Below are positions 17,549 to 18,937 of a stretch of DNA of 18,937 nt, piece by piece (the stretch's first letter is position 1; every line of letters starts with the position of its first letter). The stretch is from IMG/VR virus record IMGVR_UViG_2713896790_000007; one strand, given 5' to 3'. A model generated the notes under the pieces. The model did not search any database. It saw only the letters and a program-made list of their open reading frames with translations, and was not told the origin of the DNA. A program made the translations under genes and the position numbers. This DNA is from a virus (lineage: Duplodnaviria > Heunggongvirae > Uroviricota > Caudoviricetes).

Positions 17549-17737
17549 ATGAAAACGTTATTACCAAACGTTAATACGTCTGAAGGTTGTTTTGAAATTG
17601 GTGTCACTATCAGTAACCCAGTATTTACTGAAGATGCCATTAACAAGAGAAAACAAGAACGGGAGCTATTAAATAAAATATGCATTGTTTCAATGCTGGC
17701 TCGTTTACGTCTGATGCCAAAAGGATGTGCACAATGA
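17549..17737 (+). CDS. dicB: DicB cell-division inhibitor, 62 aa
   Basis: MKTLLPNVNTSEGCFEIGVTISNPVFTEDAINKRKQERELLNKICIVSMLARLRLMPKGCAQ; GAGGA SD. Confidence 0.95.
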   Translation: MKTLLPNVNTSEGCFEIGVTISNPVFTEDAINKRKQERELLNKICIVSMLARLRLMPKGCAQ

Positions 17738-17925
17738 ATTCAGCATTTGTGCTTGTTCTGACAGTTTTTCTTGTTTCCGGAGAGCCAGTTGATATTGCAG
17801 TCAGTGTTCACAGGACAATGCAGGAGTGTATGACTGCAGCAACCGAACAGAAAATTCCCGGTAACTGTTACCCGGTCGATAAAGTTATTCACCAGGATAA
17901 TATCGAAATCCCGGCAGGTCTTTAA
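17734..17925 (+). CDS. ydfD: YdfD lysis protein, 63 aa, N-terminal TM
   Basis: ATGA overlap with the dicB stop; MNSAFVLVLTVFLVSGEPVDIAVSVHRTMQECM... Confidence 0.9.
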   Translation: MNSAFVLVLTVFLVSGEPVDIAVSVHRTMQECMTAATEQKIPGNCYPVDKVIHQDNIEIPAGL

Positions 17926-18017
17926 AACAGTTCCGTAATAAATATCCGGTTTCATTCTTATATGCCAGCAATGGCAGGGATTTGTTCATCCTTAAATCTG
18001 TCATGAGGTTAAAACAA

Positions 18018-18937
18018 ATGAGTAAAGTCTTTATTTGCGCCGCTATTCCTGACGAACTGGCAACAAGGGAAGAAGGCGCTGTGGCTGTAGCCACAGCCAT
18101 TGAAGCTGGCGACGAACGCCGTGCTCGAGCAAAATTTCACTGGCAATTCCTGGAACATTATCCGGCTGCTCAGGACTGCGCTTATAAATTTCTTGTCTGC
18201 GAGGATAAACCCGGTATACCCCGCCCTGCCCTCGATTCCTGGGATGCTGAATATATGCAGGAAAACCGCTGGGATGAGGAATCTGCTTCCTTTGTCCCGG
18301 TTGAGACTGAATCAGATCCGATGAACGTCACTTTTGACAAGCTGGCCCCTGAAGTACAGAACGCTGTCATGGTTAAGTTCGACACATGTGAAAACATCAC
18401 CGTTGATATGGTTATTAGCGCACAGGAATTGTTGCAGGAAGACATGGCAACATTCGACGGACATATCGTTGAAGCGTTGATGAAAATGCCAGAAGTTAAC
18501 GCCATGTATCCGGAGCTTAAGCTGCATGCCATCGGGTGGGTTAAGCATAAATGTAAGCCTGGTGCCAAATGGCCCGAAATTCAGGCAGAGATGCGCATCT
18601 GGAAAAAACGTCGCGAAGGTGAACGCAAGGAAACCGGAAAATACACGTCTGTTGTTGATCTCGCCCGCGCCAGAGCCAATCAACAGTACACTGAAAATTC
18701 AACAGGAAAAATCAGCCCGGTCATTGCTGCCATTCATCGCGAATACAAGCAGACATGGAAAACACTGGATGACGAACTGGCCTACGCTCTCTGGCCTAGT
18801 GATGTGGATGCCGGAAACATTGACGGCAGCATCCATCGCTGGGCAAAAAAAGAAGTTATCGACAACGACCGCGAAGACTGGAAGCGTATCTCGGCATCAA
18901 TGCGCAAACAGCCTGATGCCCTTCGCTACGACCGCCA
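18018..18937 (+). CDS. ydfE: YdfE-like prophage protein, 3' end beyond the window
   Basis: ATG 18018 (MSKVFICAAIPDELATREEG...) open to the window end (306 codons); absent from the ORF track because no stop is reached. Confidence 0.85.
   Translation, partial: MSKVFICAAIPDELATREEGAVAVATAIEAGDERRARAKFHWQFLEHYPAAQDCAYKFLVCEDKPGIPRPALDSWDAEYMQENRWDEESASFVPVETESDPMNVTFDKLAPEVQNAVMVKFDTCENITVDMVISAQELLQEDMATFDGHIVEALMKMPEVNAMYPELKLHAIGWVKHKCKPGAKWPEIQAEMRIWKKRREGERKETGKYTSVVDLARARANQQYTENSTGKISPVIAAIHREYKQTWKTLDDELAYALWPSDVDAGNIDGSIHRWAKKEVIDNDREDWKRISASMRKQPDALRYDR

Noticed and set aside
16985-18683. Minus-strand ORFs 16985..17320, 17350..17685, 17740..17955, 17885..18100, 18182..18568, 18312..18683 and plus-strand 17444..17548 (the N-terminal extension of dicB).
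   Set aside because: They lie antisense to the dicF precursor, dicB, ydfD and ydfE, or are upstream extensions without an SD; the recognised genes explain the region.

Overview
This window reads as a segment of a defective lambdoid prophage of the Escherichia coli Qin (Kim) type, identified by reading the six-frame track against protein families and K-12 Qin gene order recalled from memory; no database search was possible. I do not see a convincing previously undescribed system: every block is explicable as known lambdoid or Qin biology plus decay and an insertion. The densest unexplained sequence is 11.8-13.2 kb. Plus-strand order: ynfO-like, ydfO (DUF1398), gnsB, a 76-aa ORF, cspI, a lysis cassette on the minus strand (Rz/Rz1 spanins, SAR-type endolysin rrrQ, ydfR, pinholin essQ), a small zinc-ribbon ORF, cspB and cspF, the Q antiterminator quuQ, ydfU, rem, the hokD-relE-relB module, ydfV, flxA, a DDE transposase, a decayed block of small ORFs, a short methyltransferase, a 140-aa protein, an O-like replication initiator with internal iterons, a YdaT-like gene, dicC/dicA, ydfA/ydfC, dicF sRNA, dicB, ydfD and the 5' part of ydfE. 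Two 50-N runs (8464-8513 and 16736-16785) are assembly gaps that cut hokD and the ydfA-ydfB-ydfC cluster. Several genes appear inactivated: flxA by an in-frame TAA, the Rz spanin by a frameshift, and two adjacent small ORFs each by a single in-frame TAG. No rRNA, tRNA or CRISPR array was seen.
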